Positions 1 through 8,140 of a DNA stretch of 9,423 nucleotides are shown here, piece by piece (position 1 is the first letter of the stretch; each line of letters opens with the position of its first letter). Origin of the DNA: Octopus sinensis (taxonomy: Eukaryota); assembly GCF_006345805.1 (NCBI RefSeq), contig NW_021827938.1, positions 1-9,423 of the forward strand, written 5' to 3'. The notes beneath the pieces were generated by a model, which saw nothing but the letters and a program-made list of their open reading frames with translations, ran no database searches and was not told the origin of the DNA. The position numbers were made by a program, and so were the translations under genes.

Positions 1-41
1 GCGATGTATAGCAACATTTAGGGTGGTCACGTGATCACGTG
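1..41 (+). mobile_element. 3' tail of a tRNA-derived SINE (same family as 7166-7481), cut by the window edge
   Basis: gcgatgtatagcaacat...ggtcacgtg resembles the reverse complement of 7168-7210 (caccatgaccgacc...atgttgctacaccatcac) and is followed by (TA)n. Confidence 0.6.
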
Positions 42-94
42 TATATATATATATATAATATATTATATATATATATATACACACATTTATACCT

Positions 95-275
95 ATATAG
101 CGGTGTATGTTTCTGTTTGTCCAACCTTCACCACTTGACATCCGCTGTCTGGACACATCCATGTAACAAATAAGTGGCAGTCTGAAGAAAGAGAAGCACT
201 ACGATCTATGTGGTTCTCTAAACACTTCAATGCAGTGCTCCAGCATGATAGCCTTCCAATGTTTAAGAAATGCAA
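95..275 (+). mobile_element. Degenerate SINE 3' half, opposite orientation to the copies at 699-916 and 1736-1980
   Basis: The reverse complement reads cattgga...catgctggagcactgcattgaag...tgtcaagtggtgaaggttggacaaacagaaacatacac. This matches cattggattgtggccatgctggggctccgccttgaag at about 1757-1791 and a common octopus SINE as I recall it. Confidence 0.55.
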
Positions 276-352
276 ACGATAGGCCGTAAAAAGTAATTTA
301 TATTTAACGCACATAAAAAAATTGTAAAATAGTGTTAATGGAGGTAACTCAC

Positions 353-401
353 AATATAAGGTCATATAATAGAGAGTAGCCTCCCTTGACATAAAATATG
401 C
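353..401 (-). CDS. Possible 49-nt coding exon, product unknown
   Basis: Minus strand reads ttcacag|GCATATTTT...CTTATATT|gtgagt, with consensus acceptor and donor. It is open as xIFYVKGGYSLLYDLI(L), phase 1 to phase 2. No recognisable homology. Confidence 0.3.
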
Positions 402-489
402 CTGTGAATATTAGCGTAAATTTCTGCGTGTGTGCTTTTGTTCTATGTGTGCCCGTAATTCTTTCCCTGTGTCCGTTTGTGTATAGGTT

Positions 490-528
490 TGTGTGTGTGT
501 GTGTATGTGTGTGTGTGTGTATGTGTGT

Positions 529-571
<43 letters not shown>

Positions 572-620
572 GTGCGTGTGTGTGTGTTAGAGAGAGAGAG
601 AGAGAGGGAGGGAGAGAGGA
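490..620. repeat. Compound microsatellite (GT)n-(GA)n
   Basis: Directly visible. Confidence 0.95.
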
Positions 621-698
621 AGGCATGGTAGGTTGGGGTAATGCAGTAATAAGCTCTATAGAACATCCTTAAATCGAAGGTTTTAGCAGTTTGCTCTT

Positions 699-916
699 TA
701 CCTTGGATTTTTTTTATCCATTGGATTGTAGCCACGCTGGAGCATCGCCTTCAAGAGTTTCTGAGGGTTTAACTGGACCTGTTTATTTATTTGTAATCTT
801 TACATATACTTCCGTTATGTATCGCTCAACATTGCTTTTTAGAGACATAAACAAAGCAACACCGTGTCAGGCTGCGATCGTAGGATAAGGACACATAAAA
901 TGAACACACACACACC
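699..916 (-). mobile_element. Degenerate SINE 3' half, copy A of a direct repeat with 1736-1980
   Basis: taccttggat...cattggattgtagccacgctggagcatcgccttcaag...gacataaacaaagcaacaccgtgtcagg...(CA)n aligns by eye with 1736-1980. The orientation is from the recalled octopus SINE consensus. Confidence 0.65.
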
Positions 917-1729
917 TAGAGACTTCACAAGCTCCTAAATAAATGGAACAGGAGGTTTTAACGCCCATCTACATCCTAAGGTAGACTAAATTTTTTCTTC
1001 ATGTTTACACTCGATGTAGGGTGTTTAAATGTTTACATCCTGTCATCGAATTGGAAATAAGGGCTTTTCTTCAATGACCTCGTGTCGCTTAATTTGGATG
1101 TGTTAGTAGTTACAGAAACCTGGCTGAGAGGAAAGACAAGCATTTCTCCCCGCCTAAATGGCTACGAGAAATTTATTTCACCTGGTCACCCAGAATGTGA
1201 AGAGGGGCGGTCGTAGTTCTGCTGAAGAAAAACTGGATTTAGCAACAAGAGTAATCTTTATTGATCCTGGGGTGGGAGTATCCTGGTCGTCTTTGATGTA
1301 ACCCTCATCAATGATAAGTCTTTCAGGCTAGTGGTTGTTTATGAACTCCGACGGCCGGACAGTTAGACAATTTTCTAGGCTAGAGAATTTTCTAGGCTAG
1401 AGAATTTTCTAGGTACGTCACACTCCTTAGTGGATTGTGTTTGCTCGAATACGAATAGGAGGAGAAACACGTACCTCTTCGATCTGCTTAAGCGTTTTTT
1501 GCTGGCAAATCTGTATATACTAGAACACCCAGACGCTCCACTGTGGACATGGATGAATAGCGATGGGTTTTCTAGATCTTATATGGACAGGCTATTTCTT
1601 AGATGTATAGATAAAGATGTATTTGTGCGTGCACAATTTCACTACGTCAACTACAGTGATCAGAAGCCTGTGACCAGTAAGTTTGACCTCGAAAGGTTAC
1701 ATAGGCAAGGTTCCTGCTACTAGAAGCTC
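917..1729 (+). mobile_element. Decayed non-LTR retrotransposon (Tx1/L1 clade), ORF2 N-terminus with APE-like endonuclease
   Basis: From ATG 1001: MFTLDVGCLNVYILSSNWK*GLFFNDLVSLNLDVLVVTETWL. After frameshifts it continues GAVVVLLKK...FRLVVVY, then PLWTWMNSDGFSRSYMDRLFL...YSDQKPV...RQGSCY*KL. These are the APE motifs in order (N-V, ETW, TW, SxxDR, SDH, YWKLN). It has stops and frameshifts, and the GDxN motif appears deleted. Confidence 0.88.
1369..1413 (+). repeat. 17-bp tandem repeat, about 2.6 copies (aattttctaggctagag)
   Basis: Units start at 1369, 1386 and 1403, inside the LINE fragment. Confidence 0.9.
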
Positions 1730-1735
1730 CTTAGT

Positions 1736-1980
1736 TACCTTGGATATCTTTCATTCATTGGATTGTGGCCATGCTGGGGCTCCGCCTTGAAGAATTTTCG
1801 TCGCTTTAACTGGACCTATATATTTATTTATTTATTTATTTGTAATCTGTTCTTATGCTTCCGACCTGTAACACTAAACGTTGCTTTATAGTGACATAAA
1901 CAAAGTAACAACGTGTCAGGTTGCGATCAGATGACAAGCATACACACAAAATATCTCACTAACGCATGCACACACACACA
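1736..1980 (-). mobile_element. Degenerate SINE 3' half, copy B of a direct repeat with 699-916
   Basis: Shares taccttggat, tttaactggacct, ttatttatttgtaatct and gacataaacaaag..aaca.cgtgtcagg.tgcgatc with copy A. Confidence 0.65.
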
Positions 1981-2352
1981 TATATATACATACACGCACA
2001 CACACACTCAAAAACAGCCACACAAACACACATACATACACCCTTAATACATATACGCACTCAGATATGCATGTACATGCAAATATTCATCCATGCTTGA
2101 GTATATTCATACATACATGTATACATATATACATACACACACATATATACATATATACATACATACATTTATATATAATTACATATATACATACATACAT
2201 ACACACATACATGCATGCTTGCATACATACATACACGCATACATATATGAACACATGCATACATATATGCATGCAAATATACATACATAATGCATTATTG
2301 CATACATACATACATAGACGCCTACACACACATACATCAACACATACATGCA

Positions 2353-2386
<34 letters not shown>

Positions 2387-2436
2387 CAATCACATATATA
2401 TATACATACAGACAGATATATATATATATATATACA

Positions 2437-2468
<32 letters not shown>

Positions 2469-2616
2469 CATACATGCTTACATACAATTACATATATACA
2501 TAAATACATGCATGCATACATACATACGTACATGTATACATATATGCTTGCATACATACATACATACATACATAGTACATACATACAAACAACTACATAC
2601 ATACTACATACATACA

Positions 2617-2647
<31 letters not shown>

Positions 2648-2748
2648 CCATACATATATATTTGTGCATGGGAACTGCATGGAAATATGTCCAATATAGA
2701 TATTTATATATTATATATGTATATATACACTTGCATACATACAAACAT

Positions 2749-2821
<73 letters not shown>

Positions 2822-2822
2822 T
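1965..2822. repeat. Long degenerate (CA)n/(ATAC)n/(TA)n microsatellite field
   Basis: Directly visible. It explains the H/T/Y/I- and M/Y/V/C-rich ORFs. Confidence 0.95.
2661..2703 (+). repeat. 43-bp unique island, direct repeat with 3441-3483
   Basis: tttgtgcatgggaactgcatggaaatatgtccaatatagatat versus tttatgcatgggaactgcatggaaatctgtccaatatagatat, two mismatches. Confidence 0.9.
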
Positions 2823-2907
2823 ATAATTCGAGACAAACCCTATTTTAAAACCAAACAAGAAAAGACTTAATCAATACATAAAATTTTAACATAAATTAAA
2901 TAAACCG

Positions 2908-2951
2908 CCACAACAATTGTTTCATGTCTGCTACCGACAATCTTCAGGTGG
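2908..2951 (-). ncRNA. Minimal type I hammerhead ribozyme motif, mirror copy of 3007-3050
   Basis: Exact reverse complement of 3007-3050. Confidence 0.7.
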
Positions 2952-3006
2952 ATTTTCGATCTTCTAATCAGTATCAAAATTTGATACTGATTAGAAGATC
3001 GAAAAT

Positions 3007-3050
3007 CCACCTGAAGATTGTCGGTAGCAGACATGAAACAATTGTTGTGG
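3007..3050 (+). ncRNA. Minimal type I hammerhead ribozyme motif
   Basis: CCAC-CUGAAGA-u-UGUC(ggtagca)GACA-u-GAAA-C(aauu)G-UU-GUGG. Stem I is CCAC/GUGG, the core is intact, stem III is palindromic (ACAAUUGU), and the predicted cut is after GUU at 3046. There is a U.U mismatch at the base of stem II. Confidence 0.72.
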
Positions 3051-3217
3051 CGGTTTATTTAATTTATGTTAAAATTTTATGTATTGATTAAGTCTTTTCT
3101 TGTTTGGTTTTAAAATAGTGGTTTTGTCTCGAATTATATATATTATATTTTACTATAAAATTGGATTTAACCCTAAATCTGATTTTTCCTGTAATTTTGG
3201 ATTCATTCCCTAATATT

Positions 3218-3260
3218 TATTATTATATATATATATATATACATACATATATATATATTA

Positions 3261-3314
<54 letters not shown>

Positions 3315-3317
3315 GCA

Positions 3318-3385
<68 letters not shown>

Positions 3386-3672
3386 TATATATATGTATGT
3401 GCATTATATATATGTATATCTATATATACATACATACATATTTATGCATGGGAACTGCATGGAAATCTGTCCAATATAGATATATATGTATGTATGTGGA
3501 TATATATATATGTATATATATATTATATATATATATATATTATATATGTATGTATGTTTATGTATATATATATATATGTATGTATTATGTATGTATGTAT
3601 GTATGTATGTATGTATGTATGTATGTATGTATGTATATATATATATATATTATATAGATAATATATATATAT
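3218..3672. repeat. (TA)n/(GTAT)n microsatellite field
   Basis: Directly visible. Confidence 0.95.
3441..3483 (+). repeat. 43-bp unique island, direct repeat with 2661-2703
   Basis: Matches 2661-2703 at a spacing of 780 bp. Confidence 0.9.
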
Positions 3673-3797
3673 TGTTGACAGATTACCGCCCAGTTTCGCA
3701 CGTTTTGTATGCGATCGTATATGGTAATAGAAATTAGAGCCAATTGCACAAAAATTTGAATCATTATTCGGACAAAATTGAAGGACACTCTTTGTGG

Positions 3798-4280
3798 AAT
3801 GTGAAACATATACCGAGCTTTATAAGGGATGATCTGGACTTTTTAAACCATTTCCTGAACAAAATCAGTAAGGAACCCTTTCTGGTTTCATTCGATATAA
3901 TTAACCTCTACACATCGATTCCTCACGAATACAGAATAATAGCCGTAGAATACTGGCAGGAAAATTTCCCAAATGACCGAATAGGAAAAGAATTCATTGT
4001 TGAAGGAACAAAATCCCCGCTACAGAACAACTTCTTCAACTTTAACGAGAACAATTATAGACAAAAATCGTGCACGGTTATAGGGATGAGGGTAGCCCCT
4101 ACTTTTGCGAACATTCTCGAGGTATATTTCGAAGTCTAAATATACGAGCACGCTAGACTGAAATTTGGATACAACTTCCAAAAAATACTTACTCGCCAAC
4201 AAGAAATGCTACCTGGTTGGCTGTTTCATTCTGTGGCCACATAACCTTGAACAACTCTCAAAATTTCAAAAAGACTTGCG
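3798..4280 (+). mobile_element. Decayed Penelope-like element reverse transcriptase fragment, Neptune-like
   Basis: KHIPSFIRDDLDFL...LVSFDIINLYTSIPHE...LQNNFFNFNENNYRQKSCTVIGMRVAPTFANI (compare Q..GTAMGT..APxYANL). A stop at 4137-4139 and a frameshift are followed by NKKCYLVGCFILWPH, a mutated WKRYLDDCFILW with the catalytic DD lost. Confidence 0.88.
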
Positions 4281-4334
4281 TGATTCTTTACATGCGTTCT
4301 TATATACATCCTTTAAAATCTTATATCTAAACCT

Positions 4335-4711
4335 GGATGTGTGGGCATCTGTGTATGTGTATGTAAGGATGGACGTACGTATGTATATATGGGTGTGTGT
4401 ATATGCGTATGTATGTATAGGTATACATGTGCATATATGTATGCATGTGTGTATGTGTATATGTATATGTGTATGTGCGTGTGTGTGTGTATATGTATTT
4501 ATATATATATATGTACACGTATAATGTCCGTGTATATATGCGCATATTCTGTTGTATGTATGTATATATGCGCATGTGTGTGGGTGTATATGTGTTTATG
4601 TACATGTTTACACGTGAGTGCGTATGTATGCTTATATGCTTGGAGCTGTGTATGCGCGCGTATATGTGCGCGTGTATATGGGTGTATGTATCCATGTTGG
4701 TATGTATATAC
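4335..4711. repeat. Degenerate (GT)n/(GTAT)n microsatellite
   Basis: Directly visible. Confidence 0.92.
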
Positions 4712-4879
4712 AAGATGACCACTTAATTCAAGGAACTAGATTAACTGCTCAACAGCTCTGATTTACAATACACTAGGTCCCCAGACGCCCCTGTTAATTT
4801 ATTGACACCCAAAGCTTCTACAACTAAATTTTGTCATTTTCTTGACCACCATGTTTGGTCCGTAACCTCTATACATCCC

Positions 4880-5195
4880 TTATCTTTATATTTTTTTACA
4901 TTTTTATCATTTTTATTCCTATTTTTATTTTTTTACTTTTATTTCTATTTCTATTTTTACTTTATAACCTTATGCCTTTATATTCATTTATATTTTTTTA
5001 TATTCTTTATATTCCCTTTATATCTCCTTATATCTCTTTATATCTTTATACTCTACATTTTTATATTTTTCTATACTTACACTTTTTTTTATCCTTCGTC
5101 CTGAATTCTCGCCCCTCCATCTTTACCCCTATTTACTCTTATTACCAGGTTCCTTCACGTCTATATATGTATTTATTTATTTATTAATTTATTTA
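4880..5195. repeat. T-rich low-complexity tract, (TTTA/TTTTA)n-like
   Basis: Directly visible. It produces the F/Y/I/L-rich ORFs. Confidence 0.8.
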
Positions 5196-5359
5196 CATTA
5201 CTTCAACATCCAAATTTCCTCATTCTACATTGAGAGAAGAAAGAGATGGACGCTTCAATTCTATGCTGTTGCCGCATTATGTCGTACGCGAATGAGAGGA
5301 TTTGCATCCCCAACCAAGAATTTTTCATGTAACACATGTCCTTGTGGAAGCTGTTGTGC

Positions 5360-5437
5360 GCGGCTGAAGAAGGCCACAGGCATACATTATGCATTGTTAT
5401 AAATCTGTCTAATAAAGGCCCGAAACATATGTACCGC
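5360..5437 (+). ncRNA. Type I hammerhead ribozyme motif with long stem II, probably in a Penelope-like pseudo-LTR (about 5200-5540)
   Basis: GCGG-CUGAAGA-a-GGCC...(41 nt, including ACAG/CUGU)...GGCC-c-GAAA-CAUAUG-UA-CCGC. Stem I is GCGG/CCGC, the core is complete, stem III is palindromic (ACAUAUGU), and the triplet is GUA with the cut after 5433. Confidence 0.78.
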
Positions 5438-5542
5438 TGAATCCTTGGCATCATTTTTTATTTTGATCAATTTACTCCACCACCTACACCACCAAACGGT
5501 ATACACAGGTGCTTATAATTATCAAGTACTCACCCCGATTTC

Positions 5543-5555
5543 TATATATATATAT

Positions 5556-5587
<32 letters not shown>

Positions 5588-5620
5588 ATATGTGTGGTGT
5601 GTGTGTGGTGTGTGTGTGTT
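5543..5620. repeat. (TA)n-(GT)n microsatellite
   Basis: Directly visible. Confidence 0.9.
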
Positions 5621-5695
5621 GGGAAGAAAAAGGTGTTCAGAATGCTTGATGTTTGTAAAAATATGTTTATTTACCTATCACATATTATTCCTTCA

Positions 5696-5739
5696 TATTA
5701 GCGCTGATGAAACTACAGGAGTAGTTGGAAGCGCTAATA
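5696..5739 (+). ncRNA. Hammerhead-like motif lacking stem III (degenerate or variant)
   Basis: UAUUAGCG-CUGAUGA-AACUAC(agga)GUAGUU-GGAAG-CGCUAAUA. It has an 8-bp stem I, the CUGAUGA core and a 6-bp stem II, but GGAAG replaces GAAA-stem III-UH. Confidence 0.45.
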
Positions 5740-5743
5740 CTCC

Positions 5744-5745
<2 letters not shown>

Positions 5746-5817
<72 letters not shown>

Positions 5818-5835
5818 TATATATACATACATACA
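5746..5835. repeat. (CA)n-(TA)n microsatellite
   Basis: Directly visible. Confidence 0.95.
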
Positions 5836-5949
5836 GATGGCTACTTTGTTGACAATGGTTTATGTTGGTGTTTGTGATTAGCCCCATTGTGACATATTAT
5901 GTTTTGGTTATGGTAGTGGGAGAAATAAGAAATATAAAATTGCACTCAC

Positions 5950-6343
5950 TTTTATTGGTTCTCATTGGTTTATATTGACGTTCGCCGTCTCTCGGTTACA
6001 TGCACACGAGGAAATGGCATCTCTGGCATCTTTCTTGCATATATAGTAGAATATAAAGATAAATATTCCGAGAAGGATATTGAAGATAATGAAGAGTATG
6101 TGAAACACTTCAGCTACTTCTTCCACAGCGATGAATGCTATGACCTAAGATAACACGAACAAGAAGGTCACACTAAAGATGCCAAAAACACGCATTTTCT
6201 TTATTTCGTGTTCAGACTGCTCGTCACTTTTCTTTGAGCTACGTCGACAGATAGCGAGAAAAATCACGATAAAGTTGAAGAGGAGAATGGCCACCACAGG
6301 AGCCAGGAAAGCGGCATAGAAAGGCACCTTGGATAGCCAGCAG
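5950..6343 (-). pseudogene. Adhesion-type (secretin-class 7TM) GPCR exon, ECL2-TM5-TM6-TM7-tail, with in-frame TAG (pseudogene, sequencing error or recoded)
   Basis: The acceptor is ctctttttag| at 6344 and the donor is |gtgagt at 5949. Translation: CWLSKVPFYAAFLAPVVAILLFNFIVIFLAICRRSSKKSDEQSEHEIKKMRVFGIFSVTFLFVLS*VIAFIAVEEVAEVFHILFIIFNILLGIFIFIFYYICKKDARDAISSCACNRETANVNINQ*EPIK. This matches the family motifs CW, F..P...ILL.N, LFGLxW and FNSLQGxFIFxFYC. Confidence 0.85.
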
Positions 6344-6651
6344 CTAAAAAGAGATAGGGAATTAATTAACAAAGGAAATTTAACAAATGTCCAGTTAATA
6401 AAATGAGATGATTTTGATCTGAAACAAAACGAAATATCATGCGCAAACTTACCGTATTTCACATTAACTAAGGTATTCATATAAAAAAACTTCAGTATCA
6501 AGACAATTTAAAACGCACACACACACAAACACATATTGTCACTTAGTGCCTAACTGAAACCACTTTATATAAATGTGTATATATATATATATATATACGT
6601 TTATATATTTGTTGTGCAAGATTTTTTATGTGAGGTCGTGTGTTGAAACAG

Positions 6652-6996
6652 ATATTGTTATATTTAGGAATCGTCATTTTGCCAGTTTAGCCAATAAAAA
6701 CACAAGCACTATATATTTGGTGTTATTTTGCTTCAGTGTTATTTATTTTTTACATTAATCTTAATCATATTTCGGCCAGAGTTCTTTCGTCACACTCCTG
6801 TGACCGCATCAGTGGTTCTTTGTTTTCTTCTTTCTTATTTGTGTCTCTCCTTACTAACCGTCAGTCATTTTGTATTTCTATTGTATGTCTTCATTTGCGC
6901 ATGCTTATCTCTCTATGTGCGTTTATGTTTATTTAGTGTGTGTATGTGGGGGATGCCTGTAATATTTGTATCTTCTGTTTATATACGTGCATGTAA
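6652..6996 (-). mobile_element. Interspersed repeat copy 1 of about 340 bp, probable Penelope-like pseudo-LTR, direct repeat with 8141-8476
   Basis: Near-identical by eye to 8141-8476, and the ORF-track peptides RHFASLANK and ARVLSSHSCDRISG recur. It contains a hammerhead-like motif on the minus strand. Confidence 0.75.
6776..6815 (-). ncRNA. Hammerhead-like motif with variant core CUGAUGC
   Basis: Minus strand: CCA-CUGAUGC-g-GUCACA(ggag)UGUGAC-GAAA-G(aa)C-UC-UGG. Stem I is CCA/UGG, stem II is 6 bp, the triplet is CUC, and A9 is replaced by C. Confidence 0.5.
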
Positions 6997-7106
6997 TTTG
7001 TTTTTGTTGTTGTTGTTTTTGTTTATTCTTATTTTGGTTCATGTGTTTACATCCACTTATTATTACCATTACTATGCTTGTATGTATGTATGTAATGTGA
7101 TATAAA

Positions 7107-7109
<3 letters not shown>

Positions 7110-7163
<54 letters not shown>

Positions 7164-7166
7164 ATA
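7110..7166. repeat. (TA)n microsatellite
   Basis: Directly visible. Confidence 0.95.
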
Positions 7167-7481
7167 TCACCATGACCGACCAGGCTATCAGATGTTGCTA
7201 CACCATCACTGTCACATGTGCTTCGCATTGTTTTAGCCTCCAAATGATGTCACCACCCCCGCTGGCTAGCGAGCAGACCAACAGAAGAAAGAGTGAGAGA
7301 AAGTGTGGCGAAAGAGTAGAGCAGGGGTCACCACCCCCTGTCGGAGCCTCGGTGGAGCTTTATAGGTGTTTTTCACTTAATAAACACTCACAACGGCCTC
7401 TAGGGGCAATCGACGAAACCGACTGTCACTCACAACCGCGCGAGTCTTCGCCGCCCTACATGAGCACGCTGCGCGCCACTC
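7166..7481 (-). mobile_element. Full-length tRNA-derived SINE (octopus OR-type), degenerate head
   Basis: The reverse complement shares the central block gtgtttat..ag.gaaa.acacc..aagctccac..ggctccg.cag...actctttcgccaca..tttctctca.tcttt with the SINE at 8818-9117. The GC-rich head is at about 7400-7481 and the tail matches window positions 1-41. The family name is from recall. Confidence 0.8.
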
Positions 7482-7519
7482 TTATATATAAAATTTATTG
7501 ATCTCATTTTTTCTTTCTT

Positions 7520-7592
7520 ATGCATACATAAACACAAAACAACACACGCACAGACACACACTCACACCACACACAGACACACACACACAAAC

Positions 7593-7624
<32 letters not shown>

Positions 7625-7670
7625 ATATATATATATATAGATATATATATCTATATCTATATATATAATA
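7520..7670. repeat. (CA)n-(TA)n microsatellite
   Basis: Directly visible. Confidence 0.9.
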
Positions 7671-7887
7671 AGAAAAAGGAGTTAAAGTTGCAGGTAATAT
7701 CAATAAAGTATTCAGTTTTAAACGAATTTAGTTCATTATATCAAACAATCAGACATCAATAACTGCAACGATGCTTTCTAGATCTAAGTGTTTTGATACC
7801 ACAGAGACAAGTCCTCGATTTGTTAATGGTGAATTATAAACTAAACATGATTTCTCTATCCATATATATTATATATATATATATATA

Positions 7888-8108
7888 AAGTTAAAGTTAA
7901 TCCAAACATGAAAGCACAATAAAAAAACACAACAACGCGAGGACGTGGAACAAATATAGTATTATTGGACGCTCAGGAAGGAAGAGAAGAAGGACGGTTT
8001 AACGTTTCGAGCGGAGCTCTTCGTCGGAAACATAAGATAAGGAAAGATCCAAAGAAGCGAAGACAGAAGGAAAAAAAATCGCCAACGGTACACACGTGGG
8101 TCACGATT
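7888..8108 (-). mobile_element. Probable Penelope-like pseudo-LTR fragment flanked on both sides by (TA)n
   Basis: A unique island of about 220 bp between TA tracts, carrying a hammerhead-like motif on the minus strand. Confidence 0.5.
7997..8031 (-). ncRNA. Minimal hammerhead-like motif with variant core CCGACGA
   Basis: Minus strand: GUUU-CCGACGA-a-GAGC(ucc)GCUC-GAAA-cg-UU-AAAC. Stem I is GUUU/AAAC, stem III is palindromic (AACGUU), U4 is replaced by C, and there is one extra nucleotide before stem II. Confidence 0.55.
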
Positions 8109-8140
8109 TTATATAATATATATATATATATAATATATAT

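Larger units (their letters stand above)
2820..3217. mobile_element. Palindromic head-to-head Penelope-like pseudo-LTR fragments inserted in (TA)n
   Basis: 2840-2978 is the exact reverse complement of 2980-3118, with a 1-nt centre at 2979. The match extends to about 2820/3140 with two 1-nt indels. The right arm continues as unique sequence to about 3217. Each arm holds a hammerhead motif. Confidence 0.75.

Noticed and set aside
28-41. 14-bp palindrome cacgtgatcacgtg containing two E-boxes
   Set aside because: It is explained as the short repeated tail of a SINE, with no evidence of regulatory function.
1369-1413. CRISPR-like repeat
   Set aside because: The 17-bp units are contiguous with no spacers and sit in a eukaryotic LINE remnant, consistent with slippage duplication.
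3676-3725. Minus-strand cga-tcgca...tgc-gaaac, resembling a hammerhead 3' half
   Set aside because: The CUGA core and stem I are absent. It is at most a truncated remnant.
349-4726. Many ORFs rich in HT, CV, YI or MYVC
   Set aside because: These are translations of (CA)n, (TA)n and (ATAC)n microsatellites, which lack stops in several frames.
4712-4806. Possible GIY-YIG C-terminus (LIYNTLGPQ) of the Penelope-like element
   Set aside because: The similarity is too weak to support by eye.
4802-5187. Hydrophobic F/Y/I/L-rich ORFs resembling membrane proteins
   Set aside because: They come from a T-rich low-complexity tract and show no family motifs.
6344-6501. N-terminal part of the ORF 6145..6501 and a gtaagt donor near 6452
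   Set aside because: This lies upstream of the clear acceptor at 6344. An exon ending at that donor in the required phase 2 has a TAA four codons upstream and no TM4 similarity.
7780-7830. Possible decayed hammerhead in the island 7672-7860
   Set aside because: Neither CUGANGA nor GAAA with paired stems could be assigned.
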